DNA of 63,432 nt, the filler included, from Choristocarpus tenellus KU-1152 (lineage: Eukaryota; Protista; Phaeophyceae), in assembly GCA_964200185.2 (NCBI GenBank). It is 10 parts of 10 records of this genome, joined end to end, with 100 filler letters (N's around TTAATTAATTAA, not from the genome) between each part and the next. Parts side by side here need not be neighbours in the genome. Positions count along the whole stretch, not along the records: positions 20,007 to 33,937 come from CAXNAD020001321.1; positions 34,038 to 37,576 come from CAXNAD020019381.1; positions 37,677 to 42,450 come from CAXNAD020013110.1; 7 more parts are not named here. One strand, given 5' to 3'. Position 1 is the stretch's first letter. The number at the start of each line of letters is the position of its first letter. The notes under the pieces were generated by a model, which ran no database searches, was not told the origin of the DNA, and saw only the letters and a list, made by a program, of their open reading frames with translations. The translations under genes were made by a program, and so were the position numbers. Positions 25,950 through 38,209 of the stretch are shown here, piece by piece.

Positions 25950-27062
25950 GAAGCAGAAATTCCAATATAGAGGCTGGTACCAAGTCTATTGATAGCAACT
26001 CGTATAGAGCAACCCCCTTCACTAAATAAGTTATTGAATTGTGTGCTAAAACTATGGAAGAGAGCAAGATATCATTGAAAACCATGCCAGTCCTCAGGGT
26101 AGCCCCGTTGCCATCGTAGCCAAAACTGCGCTCAACGTTTCTGTGTGGACTACCGCTCCACTGCTAACAAACATCTTGACTACACCTGATACAGAATTAC
26201 ATATCGATACTGTGGGTGATGCCAAATTTATCACCGTTTGTCATATTCAGAGTGCATTTTCGCAGATTCCAGTTGTGCTGAAGCTGATACGTAGGAAGTC
26301 TGTCTTCATATGCAAGACAGTTTCTACACCTTCAGAAAACGCCAAATGTTGAATCTATTTCTGGTTTATCACCGTCAATTGCAATTGATCAAAAAACAAC
26401 AAAGAATCCTCGTTCAACAGTGGGTGCTATAACAGAGATATGATTATTTAAGATTATTTTATGCAAGAGCCAGAATGACAATTTTGGTCCACTTAGTGGT
26501 TTGCTGGTTTAGATGGATGATTTGGTTGCTCATTCTCCTGTTAGAATATTTAGTAAACCCCTCTGCTACAGAGGAGATAGTTAGCTGACTTTGTCCTCAG
26601 TAGCACAGGGGTTTACTAAGGTTCTAACATCTCCCACATGGGAAGGACATTTAAACTTACAAGAGCAGGAGTTCAAGGCTTTGCAAGCAGCAGGTTTAAT
26701 CTCAAAACCACCAAAACCCCAACTTGGACCTAAGGAAGTCCGTTATCTGGGTCACATTTTGTCGTCTGAAGGGATTTGTATGGATGAAGATCGGGTTTGT
26801 GCCACCACTGAATTACCTAAAAGTATGGTTAATTTTGTACATAAATTTATACCCAAACTAGCCACAGCAATCGAACCGTTAGTTAGTTCGACTTTCTAAG
26901 AAAGGTGCTAGTAAGAACATTGCTAAGGAATGGGAAGTGGACCAGGACGTGACAAATTTTAAGTGAAACAATTACTCATTGCAGCTCGAATTCTCGAATT
27001 TTCTTACTTTTACCAAAGAATTCAATGTCCGTGTTGATGCCAGTGAGAGTGGTGCTGGAGGG
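25950..27062 (+). pseudogene. Decayed Ty3/gypsy reverse transcriptase and RNase H start
   Basis: SPVAIVAK, RFCVDYR, HIQSAFSQIPV, MDDLVAHS-PTWEGHL, EVRYLGHILS, NFVHKFIP and FNVRVDASESGAG. Confidence 0.88.
26539..26629. mobile_element. 91-bp palindromic TGT..ACA micro-element
   Basis: TGTTAGAA..TTCTAACA imperfect full-length inverted repeat with 5-bp TSD TCTCC (26534-26538, 26630-26634). Removing it restores the RT frame. Confidence 0.9.
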
Positions 27063-28025
27063 TTAAAAAAAAATCTGATCCGATGATCCTAATGACCTAT
27101 GTACCGCTTGTTATTTGATTGATTAGAGTGTTGCTTTTCATGTTATTTTCTCTTTCCAAGTTCAGCTTTACACAAAAATATCAATGGATCTGCAATTCTT
27201 AACACGGTTGAGACCACATTTATTCTTAGCTAGGTATGTGACTGGGGTCACCAATACATTTTTTGTAAGATGCTGTGGACTGGAAAGAGAGGTGGTTGGC
27301 AACGGGTGATACAACCAGCTGACATAATTGGGCAGGTACTCCAGTTGGATTAGTACAAGAGTTTAGCTACACGATAAGAGAACCCCGGTTTTCTAATATA
27401 TTTAGAGCCTTTCCCTGTCATCATCTGCCACTTCTTGTCACATACTTAAGTATATATTAGACTACCATGGGGCAGAAAAATCACCAAGATATCCTCTCAC
27501 AACAACGTATAATGGAAAAAGTGGTTCGTGCAGGCTGCTGCAGTCATAACCCTTCACATATCCTCATGAGACGAGCTGAGTGCATCAATTAGAAGCCCGG
27601 TTGTACCTTGTACTGTTCCTGGTCAAAATTCTCCTTGGATAAATTAGTTCTCAACTTTCAACATCACAGAGCTTAGTACTCTAACCAACACAATTCTGAA
27701 CCCACTGCCTAGAAGCGGTAAAAAACCACTCAATGAGCCCCTATATATAAATATACTTACCAAAACGTCTTCCTTGACATTCCCATTGAAGAAAGATGGC
27801 TGGGCAGACATTGGGGTATCTCTGCTTTCACACCTTGTGCAAATAACCCATTGTTACCCAAAAAATACCATCCAGACCTCCATAATACCAATCGTTTTTA
27901 CACACACTAACACAGGCCCATTGCAAAATTTAGAATCGCAAGCTGCTCTGATGTGGCCAGCAGAAAAACCTAAATGCAATGACCTCCTGGAAGGTCAAGA
28001 AAGAATTCTTGTGAAAATGACAAGA

Positions 28026-31000
28026 TCACTTTGTCTGGTTGGCTACACCTTCAATGCGTGCCCTGACAGCATCAAGGTCTCCTAGGTAGGCTCCCTGTAG
28101 AGGGGCAAAAGCGTTCTTGTTGGGAATGACCTTGAGGTCATCATCCAGCTCATAGACAAGGGGAACACCTGATATCACAATGAGATTCATCAACACCAAG
28201 CAAACGGGAAGGAAGGGGTTGCAGGAGGGGTAGTTGGGGAGTCAAACGTAAAATATCAATTTTTGCTATGTAGTGCAAGCACATTGTGCTAGTGGTGTGA
28301 TGCACACCTTGTGCTTCCATCACATCATCTGTTAAGGGTTCGTTCAAGTCAACCTCTTCTTGAGATCAGCCCAAAGGCTCTTCTGTCAGCCTCATCTTTA
28401 CATCTGAACATACATTAAAATTCAACTGTAACATTATTATTGACGGAGATACAGTGTACTGTACTAAACACATGTGCTTTCAAGAGTTTACTAGTGTGCT
28501 CTGTATAGGAAAAGGATCTTTTGGTAATGCTTTCATGGCCTACAAGTATGTACTCTTGTGTTGTCTATAACAATTGAATAAAAATCCACACCAGACACAT
28601 CCAACTCCATAAATAACTCCGGGCTACAAACATAGAGAGCTCAAGTGAGCATAGTCCAAATCAAGACAATAGGTTCTAGTTGCACACACATGCATTCAAA
28701 AGAATAAGAACGTACAGACAACAACCCCCTTCCTCTCCAGCTCTCCCAACAGCACCTGTGGGGATGTTGAGCCCAGTGATGGTATCCTCAGGAATATTAT
28801 CCAACATTTTCACAAGAGCCCTCAGTGAGTTCCCATGGGCAGCAATCTATTGACATTATGAAAACAAAACGCAAGTGATAATGGTAAGTACTGGGTCAGT
28901 ACATGCCAGCCTTGACATCACAGTACCCAATTTCACAAATGATTTCAACTCTTCATCTACAAATCTGTATGACAACGGCAACTCAACCATGTGACAGACA
29001 CACAGTGAGTCCCAGCCTCTCACCAAGACCCTCTTGCCACTCTTGATATCTGGGGCAATCTCATCATTCCAGTAAGGGAGCACACGATCCAGAGTTGTGG
29101 CAAGGGACTCAGTGTCTGGGAGTTGGTCCTTGTTCAGGTGGGTGTACCTAGAAATGGCACAGTGTGAATAGTCGTTTGTTTCATGAAATTGAAATACAAA
29201 TTTGATGGATATTTATTTCCAAGTGCTGCATATCTGTAGTTTCATTTTCATTGCATAGAAATAGGTCAAGCAGTCACAAGCAAAACTGGGTGGGTGGAGA
29301 TGTGGTATTCTCATCAGATCCCTTACCATTTGAAGAGGTTTGGGGGGGTTACACTCACTGCAGTTGCCAATAGCCAAAACATCCCCTCAATAATGACAGC
29401 CTAGCACCCATAGGTGACAATTTAAAGAACAAAATATAAATCAAACTCATCAGCAATGAACCCCCACACTGCACTCATTATTATAAGAAACAATAATCAT
29501 CACAACCTACACCTCAAAGGGGTCATACTGCAACTATCAGATTAGACAACTCAATATCACATCAATCACTCCACACTGCAGCATCAATTACGCATCTGAA
29601 AGAGCATACTTGAGGCAAAAGTACAGATTCCTGCCCATCTACTACTCCTGTGGCATACTATACTCCAAGAAAAAGCTGATGATACTGCAGCTCACATGGG
29701 GTCATTGCCAGGGAAGTGTTCACTGGAGTGATCGATGGGGGGAGGGGGGACGTCATACGATCGTCTCCAGACTAGCACCTGGTAGTAGTTTCAAAAACAC
29801 ACAGGAAGAGAAAAAACAAGGCACCAACACACACACATATATAGTAGAAAAGAGAACAAGGAGTGTATGCTTGATTCAACCATGTATCATACTGGGCCAT
29901 ATGTCTCTATTTCAAAGTGCAACTATTGAGACCTCAGCTGGAAATGTATTTCATTATATTTAGTTAAACAAACTTCAGTGTATTCCTGGACTTAAGCAAC
30001 ACTGGCCTCCACAATGTGATCCTCACAAAACAGAGATTATGTAAAGGCATGCAAACATACACATTATACACATTCCCCTCGGTCTAAATCTAAATGCACC
30101 ATGAAAGGGCAAGGCACCTACACGCCTGAACATGGCAAGCACCAGCCTGCAGCACCATAAAATAATGAGGTAGGTATTATTGGTCAAGAGCTGCATCAGT
30201 TCAGCTAGCTAAAACAATGCTCAAAATATCTCCAACACGTCACCTGCTCTTTCCCATGCTTGTCAACCGTCTCTTGCTTGTCCAGCCCAGTCAACCCCCC
30301 ATAATGACGCTCATTTAGCTGCCACGCATTCTTGATTGGGATGTGCATCTTGGATAGAAATTTATGTTCAGTTGAAAGAGAGGGGGGAGGGTTAAGAGAG
30401 AAACGTCAGGGGCAAGAACCAACTCCAGTGGGTAGGGCGACGTTCAAATTTGGCACACTATGAGGTCAATACTGCACAGTTCAATCCCAAAACATGGGAA
30501 ACATAAAAGTGGGAAAAGTTTACTCAATGATGGCACATCGGTCAGGAGGGGTGCATTCCTGTGCCTTGGTCTCCCCTACAGACGAAGGTCATAACCGATA
30601 CACCCCACAGTACTCCACAGTACAAAACATTCCATATACCATTAAAATACAAAAATACGCACTATGGTCCCTCAAGAGGAATGAACATGTAAGCTAGCAT
30701 TGGGGTTGGGAGAAATAAAAGACTTGTGCCAACGCTGAACTTTTCTCAGTAGTACCTGGTTAGTCTGCTCCAGTGTATGCCAGCAGGTCTTGATGGCCCT
30801 CTTAAGGAAGGAAGTGTAAGCCACATCTGACAGTAAAACAAAACAAAGACATCGAGCCCATGACATTAAGAACATCAAACCAAACGGTTGTTGTGATCTG
30901 CCGACAGGCAGTGAAGTTTCTAAGTCAGGGGAGGTCTGATAAATCTGACCAAATGGATCGCTCAACATTGCATTCTATAGTCGAGGAAGTATATCCTGAG

Positions 31001-31902
31001 GAAACTCGGTAATTGTAATAGATATCGGATGAACCAGTTAAACTCGAAGCGTTTTTTGCCCGCTTCCAAGTTTCACGGGTATGTTCTTGACCAAGGCACT
31101 GCCGCGCAACTTACTCCCACATAAAAGAAAAAAGATACAAGAACTGTAGTATAGATTTGTAAGAGATTTTTCTCTTCGGGTCAGAAAGATTGGTACTGAA
31201 AATCGGACAGAACTCGATACTGAAGAATCAAGGTGGAGGAAAGCAATAACTACAATGGGCGTGTTTTAGTGGTGGACGAGGAGAGCTAGCGGTTAGTGTA
31301 GATAAGATACTGAGATATCAAACATTAACCATTAGGAAGTTGGGTTTCGCACCAAACTTGTACCCAGCATCTTTGATGAGCTTGCCACCCTCTGCCGCCT
31401 CCTCCTCTCCCTTCGGAGAAAGGGCAATGTTGTACCATCCAGTAAACCTGTTCTCAAGGTTCCACTGCGACTCTCCGTGCCTGAGAACGACATCGACGAC
31501 GTCCCGGGGAATTTAGGTAGTTCAAATTATCATTGAACCAGGAGATAGTTCAATGTATGGTTCAGGTGGGTGCTTTTACTTGATGTGAAGTGAAACTGGG
31601 CGTTTCCCTGTGTAATTCCATTGTGGGGACAAGGCAGATTAGCATCCACGCGCGAAGCTGGACTCACAGTAGGGTGGCGAGTTCGTCACTTCGATACTTC
31701 GATACTTCGATACTTCATCAGAAGGCACGACTCGGCAAAGATGAATCGTAAAAAGAGTAACGCATAGAATTCCCAACCCTCAACTATACCTGATGAGGAC
31801 AAGGGTGTGCTTGAGGTTGAGTCCTCCTACTGCAGCCGCAGCAACACTCCGCCGGCTCTGCTTTCCAAGTAGGGATGATCCACGCGACAGAATGGACAAC
31901 AT
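28026..31902 (-). CDS. gpmA: 2,3-bisphosphoglycerate-dependent phosphoglycerate mutase with N-terminal mitochondrial-type presequence (285 aa, 8 exons)
   Basis: Exons 31902-31790, 31480-31353, 30826-30756, 30348-30244, 29778-29696, 29147-29024, 28846-28756 and 28168-28026 (858 nt). Motifs [50 protein letters not shown] and [14 protein letters not shown]. Confidence 0.96.
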
Positions 31903-32959
31903 ACTCACTCGAATTCAGGAAGAGGATTAGTCTGTGGGAAGGTATGACAGACTGAGGGGATGTTGTAATGAAAGATGTATCATGATGTACATTGTTTTTG
32001 TTTGGAACCTGCAAAAAACTATTAGTATTGATATCTCAGAAAACGTAACGCCACATACATAACACAACCTTACGTTTTAACTTTGGCGACGAAGAAGATA
32101 AACCTTGATTGTTTTGTCCATTTTTCTCCTATGTAACTAACGCACGACAATAGGAAGATTTAGAGGAAACGAAATGAGAAAATAAGACAAAATTAAACCA
32201 AGCTTCGCCTCTACCCACACTACTCTAAAACAAATCGAAAAAAGTGATAACTTCATTGCTTCTAATCCAGATGATCCTTGTCCTCTTGAGCTCTGTTTGC
32301 GCTGCTCCTGGAACTAAATATTGGCATCATTGTGTTGACCTTGGCCACCGACAGGCCTCCGAAGTTGCTGCCATGGTAGCCCTTCATTGACGCATTTCCA
32401 CGCCTGGTCAAACAATAGAATGTAACCACCGAGGTACATGAGCACCCTGTTGGTGCTAGGACTTTGCAGGTTCTGCTCGCAGATATGAGCGATGCATTAT
32501 TAGATGGTTTGTTGACTAGTACATAGTAATACATACACATCACCCTACCTGTTCACAGTCCCTGGAGTTGGCCCAAGGAAAACAAAATGGGAAATGCTGG
32601 CATCTTCGATTCCTTCTTGCAATTGTTCAAGTTGATTGGTGGTGTAGTAGTGGTGATCAAGAGGCGCAGCATCCACCTGTATGAGCAAACAGCACCCCTC
32701 TCCATGAAGTACAGCAATCTATCTGGTGTCGGTTTGGTCAGGATCTCTTCGTATGGGAAGGTGTCCCAACATCCATGTACGAGTTTGGTTGAGGACAGAA
32801 ATGGAAATGGGAATGACTGTTGGGTTGTGTGGGTTGTGAATCAAAGAAAAAAAGATGAAAACTGAAAATAAATTTTATTCATTTGTTCAACATTATTTTC
32901 ACTTCTTTGGTCCCAAAGGATTTCACCAAGAAGAGTGTATTCTCTGACGCGTCATTATG

Positions 32960-33330
32960 CAGGGTAAAACCTTACATGTGGAGACATCCGACCCTGATTG
33001 GCCTATATATTGGCAGAGTGTGGGGCTAGTGGATATGGTGTTTCATCAAACATAAATTCTCCCAACTGTGTCCGGTGTAACATCTCTGAAATGTAGTGCA
33101 AATGTGACAGTTTATGTAAAACTGCCAAATAAAAAAATGTAAGGCTAAGGTCTACCGAGTCAACATATTTGAAAGTATCTTGAGTTTATGTAACCAACGC
33201 AATGCCAAATAATCACTTACAACCGTAAAGTGTTTGCCTCAACAATATGGGCGCCAAGGTGTTACTGCAAGCACGACAACCAGAGAGTATTTCTGAGTTT
33301 CTGGATATTGTCTTGGAGATGGCTTTAAGA
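32960..33330 (-). pseudogene. Gypsy RNase H fragment related to 3886-4200
   Basis: Nucleotide colinearity with 3886-4190; translates to PWRPY..GKHFTVVSD..ALRWL. Confidence 0.75.
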
Positions 33331-33415
33331 GGGCACCATGAAAGACCACAACATCGAAACTATCGTTTTACTTTTATATAGCAAAAAAGCTCCCATGCCA
33401 GTATCAGTAGCATCC

Positions 33416-33596
33416 AGGCTTGAAGTATCTGGGGGGAGTGGTGGCTGTCCATTTGGGGCTCATTTTTCCATGTCCCCGATTTTGGGGTGATTTGGTTGCA
33501 TGGGTTGGATGGATAATATAAGTGCACTTTTCCTAGGCAGGGCCTGAATGGACATCCTGGTGTAGCCCCTCCCCCCCCCACAGATACTTCGAGCCA
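33416..33596 (+). mobile_element. MITE family 2 (~175-180 bp, G-tract/C-tract ends)
   Basis: AGGCTTGAAGTATCTGGGGGG..CCCCCACAGATACTTCGAGCC inverted ends. Other copies or ends at 19661, 33836, 42551-42590, 43661-43835, 46318-46458, 47452, 60386-60556 and 63394-63432. Confidence 0.85.
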
Positions 33597-34037
33597 CATA
33601 TTGTATGAAAAACTCCGTTGCAAAATCTGGGAAGCTTGGCACTGGCACCATACTCCCATCAAAAGGATCTGTTGGAACTTTAGTAAACCCCTGTACTGCC
33701 GAAGAGATAGGCAGCAACAGCTAAGCCCAGGGATCGCAAGCTTGTTAGACTTAGTGAGGTTTCGACCAGCTACTAAAGTGAGGTTATGTATCCTCGCGGT
33801 GTGTTTAGCCTTTTGGTCGATGTGTAACCATAGCGAGAGATCCAAAGTATCTGGGGGGGGGGGGGGGGGGGGGGGGGAGACCAGGAGGAGTCTATGGAAC
33901 AAAAACAGAAAAGGAAACATCATGTAATATCGTACACNNNNNNNNNNNNNNNNNNNNNNNNNNNNNNNNNNNNNNNNNNNNTTAATTAATTAANNNNNNN
34001 NNNNNNNNNNNNNNNNNNNNNNNNNNNNNNNNNNNNN

Positions 34038-37000
34038 GGGAGGGGGTACCGTGTAGTTGCATCTCTTGCAGTGGCTCGCACAGCATTCAGCCATCCAAGC
34101 TCCGTCTCCTCATTAGATGCTGAAACCTGGAAAGCGCCCTTCTGTTGTGTTTCTGCAGAGGGTGAAGTAGAACAAGCTACTCCGCTGGATTCAGTAATAT
34201 TCGCATTGACCACAGGACCACTAAGGAGACCAGGATGGGGAAAGGAACTGCCATCCACGTCCCTACCTCTCTCCAGTGGCAGAACAGAGTGGTCCTGGTC
34301 AGTTGAAGGGCCGCTCTGCCTAGCTCTGTCAAGTCTGGCAGCCAGCTCATCTTTCTCATAACGTGCATTATTGTCAGAGGGCCCCCCTCGGAATATAGAG
34401 TGGCTACAGAGATGCCATAGCAAAAAGGGTGAACAGTGACCAAAACATTTTCAAGGGGTGAGGAGGGGAGGGTGAGGTATGGGGTTGCTTCAGAGAGGAG
34501 GTTGGTAAGGCTATTGATGCAAAGTGGAGGAGATGGATTGGTGTTCTTTTGAACTGAGTAAGGAAAGCAAAAGACATCCGAAAAACAAGAGCTGCCCAAG
34601 TAGAAGAGATTAAGCGATGGTTGGTAGGGACGGAGAGGCAAACCATATTGGACAACACTAAGGAGAGTGAGGGTGAGAGGGGGTGTAGGAGGCAGTGATT
34701 GACAGAAAGTGAAATGTGGCAGAAAGGCAACACAGTCAAAATGACATCATAGACCAAGAGCGCACGAGGGTGCTTGATTAAGCTCAACATTGAAGGAGGT
34801 GATGGTAACTGAAAAGAGTGATGCAATCACATCGCAGAAGCCTCCTCCCTCTTCTCTTCCCTCCTCACCTTCTTTTCCATTAACCATGTGAACAAATCAG
34901 TCTCGAAAAAGTCTCAAAAAAGAGAGTGCAATGAGAGTCAACACCAGCAAAAAAAACCAAAAAGCGAGACCAGTATAAGATGCATACAGCTACTATTTTT
35001 TACCACAGAGGACATACATATCCCTCCCTTCTGTAATCTTGCCCTCACCGCTGTGTAAAGAGAAGAACAGCATGTGCAGTTTCCTCTGGCTGATCCTCCT
35101 GCACACTGTGGCCTGCACCATATACCAACTTCAGCTGGTATCTGTGGCAAGCACAGGGAAAAATATGTACATGAGAAAGCAGACACGCATAAACTCCAAC
35201 ATTTACACAAGGACCAGTCCTTGTTCTAAGAGATCAAATAGGGTCCTGTCACAAAGAATGGACAAGTGCCTGTCTCTACTGCTGCAGAGCTACATCACTA
35301 AGAATCGTACAAAAGAATCATTCATTGAAGAGGTATGTTTGTCACCATATTATACCCCCCAAAAGATGTCATCACAAGGTATACCTTCCTTGAAGGTGCG
35401 CTGCGGTGAGATCTGTGTCCAGGCGATCCATTCCTGCCACCACCAGCATCTGAACCAAGAAAAGGGGGGGGGGGCAAGCAATACAATTAAGTTCAAGGGA
35501 ACCAACCCAACCCATGGTAAAAAAAAAAAGGGACAACTTTCCAGCACACAAGACTGAACTCTATCTATCACGTGTACATCATTTCAATATGTGTGTGTCA
35601 CATATCATGTGTTTTTATGCGAACGACAGCCCAACAGCATATAAAGACCAGGGTATCCACTGACTAGGACCGCCCAACAATGTGTGAGAAATTTACCACT
35701 CTCTAAGATGTCTTGCATGTGTAGCAGCAAAACCAATAAGAAGAAAGTCGACATCTTATGTAGAGGAAACAGCCCAAGAGTGTAGCACACAATTAGGGCA
35801 CATTCTACCTCCCATTGTACACATCTGGAAATGTCACTTGGAGTACACAAGTCTGATCTGAAAGCAGTATCACATGGCAGTCAACAGTCAATGCACATCT
35901 GTGTACGTGAAGGATAGAAGCAGCCAACCACACCTGGGCTCTGGGAGAGAAATCTCTTGTGAGAGTTAGATCTAGAGTAATGGTCACAAGCTTTTCCCGA
36001 GTCGCACACTACATCGCAACACACAGAACCTACCGTTGGCACGGGCAAGGCCAAGAAGTCTTTGGACAGTCCTTCAAACCAACCATGCCAATGCTCGGCA
36101 CTTAGTCCAAGTTTTGTACGCCATGTGACAGGCCCGCCGTCATCTCCTGCTCCCTCCCAGGTAAAAAATTCATAGCAAAGAGAGGGACCAACAGCGCACA
36201 CAAACACACACACACACATACACACACACACACACACACACAGGTTGATACCATTTTTGAAAAACAGGAATCAGACAATGCACAAGGCATTGGGTCAGCG
36301 CTTACAATAGGGACAATACACTGGGTGGGCCAACCAACGAATCTGGAAAAATCCTGTTCTCCGTCAACCAAGAAATCAGACATCGGCAGTGTAGTGATCA
36401 AAAACAATAGAGGTGATCCAAGAAAAACAGTCAATGATATATTTCTTAGCCATACCATACGGCCAACTAAAATGAAACTCCATTTGAAACGCAGGTTCGT
36501 GTTGGGTTGATGAAAGGGGCTCAAGTTCAATTCAGGGTTAGGGCTAAATGTTAGGGTTAGGGCTGTAATGGTGTTTAGTAGTAAGTAGCTGGGTTAGGAA
36601 CAAGCCACCCAACAAATGAGCGAATAGACTACCAGCGAGAGCTACCATATCCCACATCCATGGATTGGGTCTCTCCTTCTACACTGCAATAGTGTTCTCA
36701 TGGGTTAAAGTAGCCTCTCTCTTACCCTCTACCACCCACCACAACATGTAATTGAAAACCTCAATAATACATGTCTCCCTACTGCCCCTAATGATCATAC
36801 TGCTTTCTAGAAAAGGGTGTATCATGTGTAAGTGTATGTGTCTGGTCTTTACCATCCACAGCTGGCCGAAAGCGGGAAGGAACCACTAACTTGGCCGATC
36901 CTTCGTTCCTCATAGCCCCTGTCCTGCAGTGCCATTCGACTGCTTCCTGCATGGATTGGAATGTCTTGGGAATCTCCTCCAGTACCTGCCTCAATAACAA

Positions 37001-37576
37001 GTGCAATTATGAATCAAATAATACTGGTAATGGTACGTCTTCTCCTGTAACCACCACTACTTTTCAACTGTGGTGGTACCGGGGGGGAGATGGAGAGGTA
37101 CTAGACTAGCCAGTTTACTTGTTTAACAGTCTACGGAATATTGCATTTTTTTTTTTCGTAGTATGCATAACATGGTACTGAAGAGAATACAGTGTCACAA
37201 TTGGCTTGTATTTCAACAAAGAAGACTACCACTGACCGCCTTCGAACCTACAGTCCAGAGCCTTCTAAGTACCTCCCACACCTGAGTACTGAGAAAACAC
37301 ATGCGTATGTACACAAGATGAGTGTGATTGAATATTCCCAACCTTGGGAAGACCATGTCCTACGGCAACGCAGGAGGGAAATGGGAATCATCAGTAAACA
37401 CACATTGCAGACAAGTCCACTAAAGCACCTGAGGCATATACTCCAGTGATGCCAGAGCAGTGCCCTCCACCACATCAACAGCCACAACTCCCCGCACCTC
37501 GGCAGCCCCTAACCCCTCCCCTTCCCCTGCTACCCTCACCCTGGGACACCCACTGCCCCCCCCCCATCCTGCCATG
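34038..37576 (-). CDS. PPME1: Protein phosphatase methylesterase 1 (PME-1), partial: both ends cut by contig edges
   Basis: Exons 37576-37429 (VAVDVVEGTALASL), 36985-36853 (PKTFQSMQEAVEW), 36146-36034 (TWRTKL..WHGWFEGLSKDFL), 35449-35385 (LVVAGMDRLDTDLT..LQGR), 35141-35049 (GHSVQEDQP) and 34403 to the edge. Confidence 0.92.
36197..36243. repeat. (CA)n microsatellite in a PME-1 intron
   Basis: Direct CA dinucleotide run. Confidence 0.9.
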
Positions 37577-37676
37577 NNNNNNNNNNNNNNNNNNNNNNNN
37601 NNNNNNNNNNNNNNNNNNNNTTAATTAATTAANNNNNNNNNNNNNNNNNNNNNNNNNNNNNNNNNNNNNNNNNNNN

Positions 37677-37746
37677 CATCAAAATTGCAACATTGGATTT
37701 TTGCCCCCAAATGGACGCGACTCTACCCTCTAAGATACTTTGGCTC
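37677..37746 (-). mobile_element. MITE family 1 end at the contig edge
   Basis: ..CCCTCTAAGATACTTTGGCTC terminus. Confidence 0.8.
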
Positions 37747-38209
37747 CTAGGGAAACATCCAAGATTCTGTCAGGCCTCTTCTTGCCCACCTACCGGACGT
37801 CTCAAGCTTGGAAAAGCATGGTGCATCCCGAGAGATCTACTTGTGCAGTGATGGATACTCTCTGTCTCAAAGGAGAATTGAAAGTCCTTTCTCGGCAATA
37901 ACCCTAGCACTTCTCCCCCCCACTGTATGGGCGGGCCTACTCATCCAGGAAATTCTCTGCATACTTACCACTGTACTCCGAACTTTCCACTGCGAACGTC
38001 AAAAGACTAAAGTTAAAAGGGTCAAAAGATCCCTCGTAGTGGGCATGTTTTCGTGCCTCACGTGCAGGAGTAGATATACCAGTGCTGGCGGATGATTAGG
38101 TCAAATGATAGGTTCCTTGGACCTCTGCAAAATCAATATCCAGAAGGAGGTCTTTATCCAGTTAGGAACCTGAGCCAGTGTCTGAGAGTGCCCCAGCATG
38201 GAACACAAC

